Positions 42,883 to 56,372 of a DNA stretch of 64,000 nt are shown here, piece after piece. The position numbers were made by a program, and so were the translations under genes. The notes beneath the pieces were generated by a model. It made no database searches. It was not told the DNA's origin and saw only the letters and a program-made list of their open reading frames with translations. Origin of the DNA: Eledone cirrhosa (Eukaryota); the NCBI GenBank assembly GCA_964016885.1, contig OZ024742.1, positions 992,001-1,056,000 of the forward strand. Reading direction: 5' to 3'. Each line of letters begins with the position of its first letter. Position 1 is the first letter of the stretch.

Positions 42883-45800
42883 TGTCCTGAGGAGGACATG
42901 GCTAAACCATGTAGACAGGGTAAGACAAGTGGAGTAGGTTGTCCTGAGGAGGACATGGCTAAACCATGTACACAGGGTAAGACAGAAGTGGAGTGTGTTG
43001 TCCTGAGGAGGACATGGCTAAACCATGTAGACAGGGTAAGACAGAAGTGGAGTACGTTGTCCTGAGGACATGGCTAAACCATGTACACAGGGTAAGACAG
43101 AAGTGGAGTGTGTTGTCCTGAGGAGGACATGGCTAAACCATGTAGACAGGGTAAGACAAGTGGAGTAGGTTGTCCTGAGGAGGACATGGCTAAACCATGT
43201 ACACAGGGTAAGACAGAAGTGGAGTAGGTTGTCCTGAGGAGGACATGGCTAAACCATGTAGACAGGGTAAGACAGAAGTGGAGTGTGTTGTCCTGAGGAG
43301 GACATGGCTAAACCATGTACACAGGGTAAGACAGGAGTGGAGTAGGTTGTCCTGAGGAGGACATGGCTAAACCATGTAGACAGGGTAAGACAAGTGGAGT
43401 GTGTTGTCCTGAGGAGGAGATGGCTAAACCATGTAGACAGGGTGAGACAGAAGTGGAGTGTGTTGTCCTGAGGAGGACATGGCTAAACCATGTACACAGG
43501 GTAAGACAAGTGGAGTAGGTTGTCCTGAGGAGGACATGGCTAAACCATGTAGACAGGGTAAGACAAGTGGAGTGTGTTGTCCTGAGGAGGACATGGCTAA
43601 ACCATGTACACAGGGTGAGACAGAAGTGGAGTAGGTTGTCCTGAGGAGGACATGGCTAAACCATGTACACAGGGTGAGACAGAAGTGGAGTGTGTTGTCC
43701 TGAGGAGGACATGGCTAAACCATGTAGACAGGGTAAGACAGGAGTGGAGTGTGTTGTCCTGAGGAGGACATGGCTAAACCATGTAGACAGGGTAAGACAG
43801 AAGTGGAGTGTGTTGTCCTGAGGAGGACATGGCTAAACCATGTAGACAGGGTAAGACAGAAGTGGAGTAGGTTGTCCTGAGGAGGACATGGCTAAACCAT
43901 GTACACAGGGTAAGACAGAAGTGGAGTACGTTGTCCTGAGGAGGACATGGCTAAACCATGTACACAGGGTAAGACAGAAGTGGAGTAGGTTGTCCTGAGG
44001 AGGACATGGCTAAACCATGTAGACAGGGTAAGACAGAAGTGGAGTAGGTTGTCCTGAGGAGGACATGGCTAAACCATGTAGACAGGGTAAGACAGGAGTG
44101 GAGTAGGTTGTCCTGGGGAGGACATGGCTAAACCATGTAGACAGGGTAAGACAGAAGTGGAGTAGGTTGTCCTGAGGAGGACATGGCTAAACCATGTAGA
44201 CAGGGTAAGACAGAAGTCGAGTGTGTTGTCCTGAGGAGGACATGGCTAAACCATGTAGACAGGGTAAGACAGGAGTGGAGTGTGTTGTCCTGAGGAGGAC
44301 ATGGCTAAACCATGTAGACAGGGTAAGACAGGAGTGGAGTGTGTTGTCCTGAGGAGGACATGGCTAAACCATGTAGACAGGGTAAGACAGAAGTGGAGTG
44401 TGTTGTCCTGAGGAGGACATGGCTAAACCATGTAGACAGGGTAAGACAGGAGTGGAGTGTGTTGTCCTGAGGAGGACATGGCTAAACCATGTAGACAGGG
44501 TAAGACAGAAGTGGAGTAGGTTGTCCTGAGGAGGACATGGCTAAACCATGTAGACAGGGTAAGACAGAAGTGGAGTAGGTTGTCCTGAGGAGGACATGGC
44601 TAAACCATGTACACAGGGTAAGACAGAAGTGGAGTACGTTGTCCTGAGGAGGACATGGCTAAACCATGTACACAGGGTAAGACAGAAGTGGAGTGTGTTG
44701 TCCTGAGGAGGACATGGCTAAACCATGTAGACAGGGTAAGACAGGAGTGGAGTGTGTTGTCCTGAGGAGGACATGGCTAAACCATGTAGACAGGGTAAGA
44801 CAGAAGTGGAGTAGGTTGTCCTGAGGAGGACATGGCTAAACCATGTAGACAGGGTAAGACAGGAGTGGAGTGTGTTGTCCTGAGGAGGACATGGCTAAAC
44901 CATGTAGACAGGGTAAGACAGAAGTGGAGTAGGTTGTCCTGAGGAGGACATGGCTAAACCATGTACACAGGGTAAGACAGAAGTGGAGTACGTTGTCCTG
45001 AGGAGGACATGGCTAAACCATGTACACAGGGTAAGACAGAAGTGGAGTAGGTTGTCCTGAGGAGGACATGGCTAAACCATGTAGACAGGGTAAGACAGAA
45101 GTGGAGTAGGTTGTCCTGAGGAGGACATGGCTAAACCATGTACACAGGGTAAGACAGAAGTGGAGTACGTTGTCCTGAGGAGGACATGGCTAAACCATGT
45201 ACACAGGGTAAGACAGAAGTGGAGTAGGTTGTCCTGAGGAGGACATGGCTAAACCATGTAGACAGGGTAAGACAGGAGTGGAGTGTGTTGTCCTGAGGAG
45301 GACATGGCTAAACCATGTAGACAGGGTAAGACAGAAGTGGAGTAGGTTGTCCTGAGGAGGACATGGCTAAACCATGTAGACAGGGTAAGACAGGAGTGGA
45401 GTGTGTTGTCCTGAGGAGGACATGGCTAAACCATGTACACAGGGTAAGACAGAAGTGGAGTGTGTTGTCCTGAGGAGGACATGGCTAAACCATGTACACA
45501 GGGTAAGACAGAAGTGGAGTAGGTTGTCCTGAGGAGGACATGGCTAAACCATGTAGACAGGGTAAGACAGGAGTGGAGTGTGTTGTCCTGAGGAGGACAT
45601 GGCTAAACCATGTAGACAGGGTAAGACAGAAGTGGAGTGTGTTGTCCTGAGGAGGACATGGCTAAACCATGTACACAGGGTAAGACAGAAGTGGAGTGTG
45701 TTGTCCTGAGGAGGACATGGCTAAACCATGTAGACAGGGCAAGACAGAAGTGGAGTATGTTGTCCTGAGGAGGACATGGCTAAACCATGTACACAGGGTA

Positions 45801-46212
45801 AGACAGAAGTGGAGTGTGTTGTCCTGAGGAGGACATGGCTAAACCATGTAGACAGGGCAAGACAGATGTGGAGTGTGTTGTCCTGAGGAGGACATGGCTA
45901 AACCATGTACACAGGGTAAGACAGAAGTGGAGTACGTTGTCCTGAGGAGGACATGGCTAAACCATGTAGACAGGGTAAGACAAGTGGAGTAGGTTGTCCT
46001 GAGGAGGACATGGCTAAACCATGTACACAGGGTAAGACAGAAGTGGAGTACGTTGTCCTGAGGAGGACATGGCTAAACCATGTAGACAGGGTAAGACAGA
46101 AGTGGAGTGTGTTGTCCTGAGGAGGACATGGCTAAACCATGTAGACAGGGTGAGACTGAAGTGGAGTGTGTTGTCCTGAGGAGGACATGGCTAAACCATG
46201 TACACAGGGTAA
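42883..46212. repeat. Satellite II: 59-bp tandem array, consensus GTCCTGAGGAGGACATGGCTAAACCATGTA[G/C]ACAGGGTAAGACAGAAGTGGAGT[GT/AG]GTT, ~56 units
   Basis: Head-to-tail monomers with occasional 57-bp units. Each unit carries the hairpin ACATGG-CTAAA-CCATGT. Confidence 0.98.
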
Positions 46213-46249
46213 AGCAGCTATAAAAATGCTCATATTTTCAATTATCCAT

Positions 46250-46850
46250 GAGAAATTCAGTATGTTTAATGGAGAAGGTGAATCAGATTTGTTGAGAATA
46301 ACTAGAGTGAGGTGGAACTGAGTGGTGTGTTAATAAGGAGCAGATTGTCACTGAAACTGAAAGATAAGGTGTGTTCCATGTGTGAGAAATGCTTTGATTT
46401 CTGGGAGTGGGGTAATGTATGTGGAACATTAGATTGCAGTTATACATGGAGGATGAATGTGGAACACCAAAGAAGTTTGTAAAGAATAAAAATAAGAATA
46501 GGTTGATGGATGAGCGGTAGAATATAACTCACTAAGTCACTTTTATCCTTCTTCAACACATCACCCAACCATCTCATTCTATTTCTCTTAACAACATTCA
46601 TCACTAGTTCTATTCCTCTCAGCCAGTGATAAATGTTGTGAATAGAAATGGATTGAGAGCAATAATAGAAATATGGAAAGAAGTTGGAAAAGGAAGACCA
46701 AGAAAGACATGGTTAAAGAGGAGAAAAATAAAAGCAGGAAGTTGATAAGGAATGCAGAGAACTGGAGAAACTTGTGATAGGGATCCTCAGCAAGTCTAAC
46801 CTCATCTTTAGCAGAGAGTGTGCTTTCAAAATGTTTCTTGATGTTATAGT
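46250..46850 (+). mobile_element. Degenerate RTE-clade LINE remnant (region C-terminal to reverse transcriptase), frameshifted, with an internal inverted segment
   Basis: Manual translation gives EKFSMFNGEGESDLLRITRVRW (46250-46315), then after frameshifts ELSGVLIRSRLSLKLKDKVCSMC, RNALISGS and GKGRPRKTW (46686-46712). The minus strand at ~46527-46624 reads LRGIELVMNVVKRNRMRWLGDVLKKDKSDLV. These match RTE motifs such as WRELSGVL...LKLKGKVY...VR.AMLYGSE, RLRW.GHV.R and GRGRPRKTW. Confidence 0.8.
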
Positions 46851-46910
46851 TTTAATATATTTTAACACTCAAACTACTCTCTCTTTGCTCCTACTGCCCA
46901 CTTTCATCTT

Positions 46911-49900
46911 TAACAATACTAGTTAAATATATCCTATACTATAACTTATACTATAACAATACTAGTTAAACATATCCTATACTATAACTTACTATAACAA
47001 TACTATAAATATATCCTATACTATACCTTATAACAATACTAGTTAAATATATCCTATACTATAACATACTATAACAATACTAGTTAAATATATCCTATAC
47101 TATAACTTACTATAACAATACTAGTTAAATATATCCTATACTATAACATACTATAACAATACTAGTTAAATATATCCTATACTATAACATACTATAACAA
47201 TACTAGTTAAATATATCCTATACTATAACTTACTATAACAATACTATAAATATATCCTATACTATAACTTATAACAATACTAGTTAAATATATCCTATAC
47301 TATAACATACTATAACAATACTAATTAAATATATCCTATACTATAACTTACTATAACAATACTAGTTAAATATATCCTATACTATAACATACTATAACAA
47401 TACTAGTTAAATATATCCTATACTATAACTTACTATAACAATACTAGTTAAATATATCCTATACTATAACATACTATAACAATACTAGTTAAATATATCC
47501 TATACTATAACAATACTAGTTAAATATATCCTATACTATAACATACTATAACAATACTAGTTAAATATATCCTATACTATAACATACTATAACAATACTA
47601 GTTAAATATATCCTATACTATAACTTATACTATAACAATACTAGTTAAATATATCCTATACTATAACTTACTATAACAATACTATAAATATATCCTATAC
47701 GATAACTTATAACAATACTAGTTAAATATATCCTATACTATAACATACTATAACAATACTAGTTAAATATATCCTATACTATAACTTATACTATAACAAT
47801 ACTAGTTAAATATATCCTATACTATAACTTATACTATAACAATACTAGTTAAATATATCCTATACTATAACTTACTATAACAATACTAGTTAAATATATC
47901 CTATACTATAACTTATACTATAACAATACTAGTTAAATATATCCTATACTATAACTTACTATAACAATACTATAAATATATCCTATACTATAATTTATAC
48001 TATAACAATACTAGTTAAATATATCCTATACTATAACATACTATAAAAATACTAGTTAATTATATCCTATACTATAACTTATACTTTAACAATACTAGTT
48101 AAATATATCCTATACTATAACTTACTATAACAATACTAGTTAAATATATCCTATACTATAACATACTATAACAATACTAGTTAAATATATCCTATACTAT
48201 AACATACTATAACAATACTAGTTAAATATATCCTATACTATAACAATACTAGTTAAATATATCCTACACTATAACATACTATAACAATATTAGTTAAATA
48301 TATCCTATACTATAACATACTATAACAATACTAGTTAAATATATCCTACACTATAACATACGATAACAATACTAGTTAAATATATCCTACACTATAACTT
48401 ATTCTATAACAATACTGGTTAAATATATCCTATACTATAACTTATACTATAACAATACTAGTTAAATATATCCTATACTATAACTTATACTATAACAATA
48501 CTAGTTAAATATATCCTATACTATAACTTAAACTATAACAATACTAGTTAAATATATCCTATACTATAACTTATACTTTAACAATACTAGTTAAATATAT
48601 CCTATACTATAACATACTATAACAATACTAGTTAAATATATCCTATACTATAACTTACTATAACAATACTAGTTAAATATATCCTATACTATAACATACT
48701 ATAACAATACTAGTTAAATATATCCTATACTATAACATACTATAATAATACTAGTTAAATATATCCTATACTATAACAATACTAGTTAAATATATCCTAC
48801 ACTATAACATACTATAACAATATTAGTTAAATATATCCTATACTATAACATACTATAACAATACTAGTTAAATATATCCTACACTATAACATACGATAAC
48901 AATACTAGTTAAATATATCCTACACTATAACTTATTCTATAACAATACTGGTTAAATATATCCTACACTATAACTTATTCTATAACAATACTGGTTAAAT
49001 ATATCCTATACTATAACTTATACTATAACAATACTAGTTAAATATATCCTATACTATAACTTATACTTTAACAATACTAGTTAAATATATCCTATACTAT
49101 AACTTACTAAAACAATACTAGTTAAATATATCCTATACTATAACATACTATAACAATACTAGTTAAATATATCCTATACTATAACATACTATAACAATAC
49201 TAGTTAAATATATCCTACACTATAACATACTATAACAATACTAGTTAAATATATCCTACACTATAACTTATACAATAACAATACTAGTTAAATATATCCT
49301 ATACTATAACTTATACTATAACAATACTAGTTAAATATATCCTATACTATAACATACTATAACAATACTAGTTAAATATATCCTATACTATAACAATACT
49401 AGTTAAATATATCCTACACTATAACATACTATAACAATACTAGTTAAATATATCCTACACTATAACTTATTCTATAACAATACTGGTTAAATATATCCTA
49501 TACTATAACTTATACTATAACAATACTAGTTAAATATATCCTATACTATAACTTATACTATAACAATACTAGTTAAATATATCCTATACTATAACTTAAA
49601 CTATAACAATACTAGTTAAATATATCCTATACTATAACTTATACTATAACAATATTAGTGAAATATATCCTACACTATAACATACTATAACAATACTAGT
49701 TAAATATATCCAACACTATAACATACTATAACAATACTAGTTAAATATATCCTACACTATAACATACTATAACATACTATAACAATACTAGTTAAATATA
49801 TCATACACTATAACATACTATAACTATACTAGTTAAATATATCATACTATAACATACTATAACTATACTAGTTAAATATATCCTATACTATAACTTACTA

Positions 49901-52900
49901 AAACAATACTAGTTAAATATATACTATACTATAACATACTATAACAATACTAGTTAAATATATCCTATACTATAACATACTATAACAATACTAGTTAAAT
50001 ATATCCTATACTATAACATACTATAATAATACTAGTTAAATATATCCTATACTATAACAATACTAGTTAAATATATCCTACACTATAACATACTATAACA
50101 ATATTAGTTAAATATATCTTATACTATAACATACTATAACAATACTAGTTAAATATATCCTATACTATAACAATACTAGTTAAATATATACTATAACATA
50201 CTATAACAATACTAGTTAAATATATCCTATACTATAACTTATACTTTAACAATACTAGTTAAATATATCCTATACTATAACTTACAACAATACTAGTTAA
50301 ATATATCCTATACTATAACATACTATAACAATACTAGTTAAATATATCCTACACTATAACATACTATAACAATACTAGTTAAATATATCCTATACTATAA
50401 CATACTATAACAATACTAGTTAAATATATCCTATACTATAACTTATACTATAACAATACTAGTTAAATATATCCTACACTATAACATACTATAACAATAC
50501 TAGTTAAATATATCCTACACTATAACTTATACAATAACAATACTAGTTAAATATATCCTATACTATAACAATACTAGTTAAATATATCCTATACTATAAC
50601 ATACTATAACAATACTAGTTAAATATATCCTATACTATAACATATACTATAACAATACTAGTTAAATATATCCTACACTATAACATACTATAACAATACT
50701 AGTTAAATATATCCTACACTATAACTTATTCTATAACAATACTAGTTAAATATATCCTATACTATAACAATACTAGTTAAATATATCCTATACTATAACT
50801 TATACTATAACAATACTAGTTAAATATATCCTATACTATAACTTAAACTATAACAATACTAGTTAAATATATCCTATACTATAACTTATACTATAACAAT
50901 ATTAGTGAAATATATCCTACACTATAACATACTGTAACTATACTAGTTAAATATATCATACTATAACATACTATAACTATACTAGTTAAATATATCCTAT
51001 ACTATAACATACTATAACAATACTAGTTAAATATATCATACTATAACATACTATAACAATACTAGTTAAATATATCCTACACTATAACATACTATAACAA
51101 TACTAGTTTAATATATCCTATACTATCACTTATACTAAAACAATACTAGTTAAATATATCCTATACTATAACTATACTAGTTAAATATATCCTATACTAT
51201 AATTTATACTATAACAATACTAGTTAAATATATCCTATACTATAACTTAAACTATAACAATACTAGTTAAATATATCCTATACTATAACAATACTAGTTA
51301 AATATATCCTACACTATAACATACTATAACAATATTAGTTAAATATATCCTATACTATAACATACTATAACAATACTAGTTAAATATATCCTACACTATA
51401 ACATACGATAACAATACTAGTTAAGTATATCCTACACTATAACTTATTCTATAACAATACTGGTTAAATATATCATACTATAACATACTATAACAATACT
51501 AGTTAAATATATCCTATACTATAACTTACTATAACAATACTATAAATATATCCTATACTATAACTTATAACAATACTAGTTAAATATATCCTATACTATA
51601 ACATACTATAACAATACTAATTAAATATATCCTATACTATAACTTACTATAACAATACTAGTTAAATATATCCTATACTATAACATACTATAACAATACT
51701 AGTTAAATATATCCTATACTATAACTTACTATAACAATACTAGTTAAATATATCCTATACTATAACATACTATAACAATACTAGTTAAATATATCCTATA
51801 CTATAACATACTATAACAATACTAGTTAAATATATCCTATACTATAACATACTATAACAATACTAGTTAAATATATCCTATACTATAACATACTATAACA
51901 ATACTAGTTAAATATATCTTATACTATAACAATACTAGTTAAATATATCCTATACTATAACTTACTATAACAATACTATAAATATATCCTATACTATAAC
52001 TTATAACAATACTAGTTAAATATATCCTATACTATAACATACTATAACAATACTAGTTAAATATATCCTATACTATAACTTATACTATAACAATACTAGT
52101 TAAATATATCCTATACTATAACTTATACTACAACAATACTAGTTAAATATATCCTATACTATAACTTACTATAACAATACTAGTTAAATATATCCTATAC
52201 TATAACTTATACTATAACAATACTAGTTAAATATATCCTATACTATAACTTACTATAACAATACTATAAATATATCCTATACTATAATTTATACTATAAC
52301 AATACTAGTTAAATATATCCTATACTATAACATACTATAAAAATACTAGTTAAATATATCCTATACTATAACATACTTTAACAATACTAGTTAAATATAT
52401 CCTATACTATAACATACTATAACAATACTAGTTAAATATATCCTACACTATAACTTATACTATAAGAATACTAGTTAAATATATCCTACACTATAACTTA
52501 TACTATAACAATAATAGTTAAATATATCCTATACTATAACTTATACTATAACAATACTAGTTAAATATATCCTATACTATAACTTACTATAACAATACTA
52601 GTTAAATATATCCTATACTATAACATACTATAACAATACTAGTTAAATATATCCTATACTATAACTTACTATAACAATACTAGTTAAATATATCCTATAC
52701 TATAACATACTATAACAATACTAGTTAAATATATCCTATACTATAACATACTATAATAATACTAGTTAAATATATCCTATACTATAACAATACTAGTTAA
52801 ATATATCCTACACTATAACATACTATAACAATATTAGTTAAATATATCCTATACTATAACATACTATAACAATACTAGTTAAATATATCCTACACTATAA

Positions 52901-55900
52901 CATACGATAACAATACTAGTTAAATATATCCTACACTATAACTTATTCTATAACAATACTGGTTAAATATATCCTACACTATAACTTATTCTATAACAAT
53001 ACTGGTTAAATATATCCTATACTATAACTTATACTATAACAATACTAGTTAAATATATCCTATACTATAACTTATACTTTAACAATACTAGTTAAATATA
53101 TCCTATACTATAACTTACTAAAACAATACTAGTTAAATATATCCTATACTATAACATACTATAACAATACTAGTTAAATATATCCTATACTATAACATAC
53201 TATAACAATACTAGTTAAATATATCCTACACTATAACATACTATAACAATACTAGTTAAATATATCCTACACTATAACTTATACAATAACAATACTAGTT
53301 AAATATATCCTATACTATAACTTATACTATAACAATACTAGTTAAATATATCCTATACTATAACATACTATAACAATACTAGTTAAATATATCCTATACT
53401 ATAACTTATACTATAACAATACTAGTTAAATATATCCTACACTATAACATACTATAACAATACTAGTTAAATATATCCTACACTATAACTTATTCTATAA
53501 CAATACTGGTTAAATATATCCTATACTATAACTTATACTATAACAATACTAGTTAAATATATCCTATACTATAACTTATACTATAACAATACTAGTTAAA
53601 TATATCCTATACTATAACTTAAACTATAACAATACTAGTTAAATATATCCTATACTATAACTTATACTATAACAATATTAGTGAAATATATCCTACACTA
53701 TAACATACTATAACAATACTAGTTAAATATATCCTACACTATAACATACTATAACAATACTAGTTAAATATATCCTACACTATAACATACTATAACAATA
53801 CTAGTTAAATATATCCTACACTATAACATACTATAACTATACTAGTTAAATATATCATACTATAACATACTATAACTATACTAGTTAAATATATCCTATA
53901 CTATAACTTACTAAAACAATACTAGTTAAATATATCCTATACTATAACATACTATAACAATACTAGTTAAATATATCCTATACTATAACATACTATAATA
54001 ATACTAGTTAAATATATCCTATACTATAACAATACTAGTTAAATATATCCTACACTATAACATACTATAACAATATTAGTTAAATATATCTTATACTATA
54101 ACATACTATAACAATACTAGTTAAATATATCCTATACTATAACTTATACTATAACAATACTAGTTAAATATATACTATAACATACTATAACAATACTAGT
54201 TAAATATATCCTATACTATAACTTATACTTTAACAATACTAGTTAAATATATCCTATACTATAACTTACAACAATACTAGTTAAATATATCCTATACTAT
54301 AACATACTATAACAATACTAGTTAAATATATCCTACACTATAACATACTATAACAATACTAGTTAAATATATCCTATACTATAACATACTATAACAATAC
54401 TAGTTAAATATATCCTATACTATAACTTATACTATAACAATACTAGTTAAATATATCCTACACTATAACATACTATAACAATACTAGTTAAATATATCCT
54501 ACACTATAACATACTATAACTATACTAGTTAAATATATCCTATACTATAACTTATACTATAACAATACTAGTTAAATATATCCTATACTATAACTTATAC
54601 TATAACAATATTAGTGAAATATATCCCACACTATAACATACTATAACAATACTAGTTAAATATATCCTACACTATAACATACTGTAACTATACTAGTTAA
54701 ATATATCATACTATAACATACTATAACTATACTAGTTAATATCCTATACTATAACATACTATAACAATACTAGTTAAATATATCATACTATAACATACTA
54801 TAACTATACTAGTTAAATATATCCTATACTATAACATACTATAACAATACTAGTTAAATATATCCTACACTATAACATACTATAACAATACTAGTTTAAT
54901 ATATCCTATACTATCACTTATACTATAACAATACTAGTTAAATATATCCTATACTATAACTTATACTATAACAATATTAGTTAAATATATCCTATACTAT
55001 AACTTATACTATAACAATACTAGTTAAATATATCCTATACTATAACTATACTAGTTAAATATATCCTATACTATAACTTATACTATAACAATACTAGTTA
55101 AATATATCCTATACTATAACTATACTAGTTAAATATATCCTATACTATAACTTATACTATAACAATATTAGATAAATATATCCTACACTATAACATACTA
55201 TAACAATACTAGTTAAATATATCCTATACTATAACTATACTAGTTAAATATATCCTATACTATAACTTATACTATAACAATATTAGATAAATATATCCTA
55301 CACTATAACATACTATAACTATACTAGTTAAATATATCCTATACTATAACTATACTAGTTAAATATATCCTATACTATAACTTATACTATAACAATACTA
55401 GTTAAATATATCCTATACTATCACTTATACTATAACAATACTAGTTAAATATATCCTATACTATAACTATACTAGTTAAATATATCCTATACTATAACTT
55501 ATACTATAACTATACTAGTTAAATATATCCTATACTATAACTATACTAGTTAAATATATCCTATACTATAACTTATACTATAACAATATTAGATAAATAT
55601 ATCCTACACTATAACATACTATAACTATACTAGTTAAATATATCCTATACTATAACTATACTAGTTAAATATATCCTATACTATAACTTATACTATAACA
55701 ATACTAGTTAAATATATCCTATACTATCACTTATACTATAACAATACTAGTTAAATATATCCTATACTATAACTATACTAGTTAAATATATCCTATACTA
55801 TAACTTATACTATAACTATACTAGTTAAATATATCCTATACTATAACTATACTAGTTAAATATATCCTATACTATAACTTATACTATAACAATACTAGTT

Positions 55901-55920
55901 AAATATATCCTATACTATAA
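46911..55920. repeat. Satellite III: AT-rich modular array, 31-bp core AACAATACTAGTTAAATATATCCTATACTAT with an optional 10/12-bp module (AACATACTAT, AACTTACTAT or AACTTATACTAT), giving 31/41/43-bp units, ~220 units
   Basis: Direct reading. Most units contain the ACTAGT palindrome, and there is about one G per unit on the + strand. Confidence 0.98.
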
Positions 55921-55988
55921 CAGTATAGTCCGGTTAAGAGTATACTATCTTCCATTCCCGAGGGTATACTCTTAAGCGGACTTGACTG
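55921..55988. mobile_element. 68-bp micro-MITE or collapsed DNA transposon with 25-bp TIRs (Tc1/mariner-pogo-like CAGT...ACTG ends)
   Basis: Left arm 55921-55945 CAGTATAGTCCGGTTAAGAGTATAC matches the reverse complement of 55964-55988 (CAGTCAAGTCCGCTTAAGAGTATAC) at 22/25. Spacer is 18 nt. TA follows the right end, but the left flank is AA rather than TA. Confidence 0.65.
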
Positions 55989-56240
55989 TACATCCCAATT
56001 TATTCAGCCTGTCATAATAATTGTTTTTCATTATTGCCAGTATCGGTAGAGGGGCGGACGCCATGCTTTCCAGCATAGTTACGTCCCTTTACAGTCTGAG
56101 TCAAATCCCGCCGAGGTTAACTTTGCCTTTCATCCTTACAGGGTTGATAAAATAAAGTACCAGTAATGTACTGGGTAATTGCTGGTCTTGTGCCAAAAGT
56201 AGAAACAATTACTATGACAGGCTGAATGAGTTGGGGTGTA
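55989..56240. repeat. 38-bp inverted repeat pair (55989-56026 and 56203-56240) enclosing a SINE fragment
   Basis: TACATCCCAATTTATTCAGCCTGTCATAATAATTGTTT versus reverse complement TACACCCCAACTCATTCAGCCTGTCATAGTAATTGTTT: 34/38 identical, all differences transitions. Confidence 0.85.
56045..56210 (+). mobile_element. tRNA-derived SINE with a conserved central domain (Meta/MESC-like)
   Basis: Degenerate B-box GAGTCAAATCC is followed by GCCGAGGTTAACTTTGCCTTTCATCCTTACAGGGTTGATAAAATAAAGTACCAG, resembling the central domain I recall for MetaSINE-type elements. A second copy lies at 41701-41743. The 5' boundary is approximate. Confidence 0.65.
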
Positions 56241-56353
56241 TAACACAACGAAACTTAAGTAGCTGTATGTCACTGTTGTAACTAATTATACTTAACTTGT
56301 CCTGCAGACTGAGTCTTCTAAACCTTAGATATTTATACTAAGTTTGTACTACG

Positions 56354-56372
56354 ATATATATATATATATATA
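56354..56372. repeat. (AT)n microsatellite
   Basis: atatatatatatatatata read directly. Confidence 0.9.

Noticed and set aside
41724-43065. Supplied ORFs at 41724, 42047, 42678, 42694 and 42871
   Set aside because: They are short, overlap SINE fragments or satellite II, and show no recognisable domain or myosin motif.
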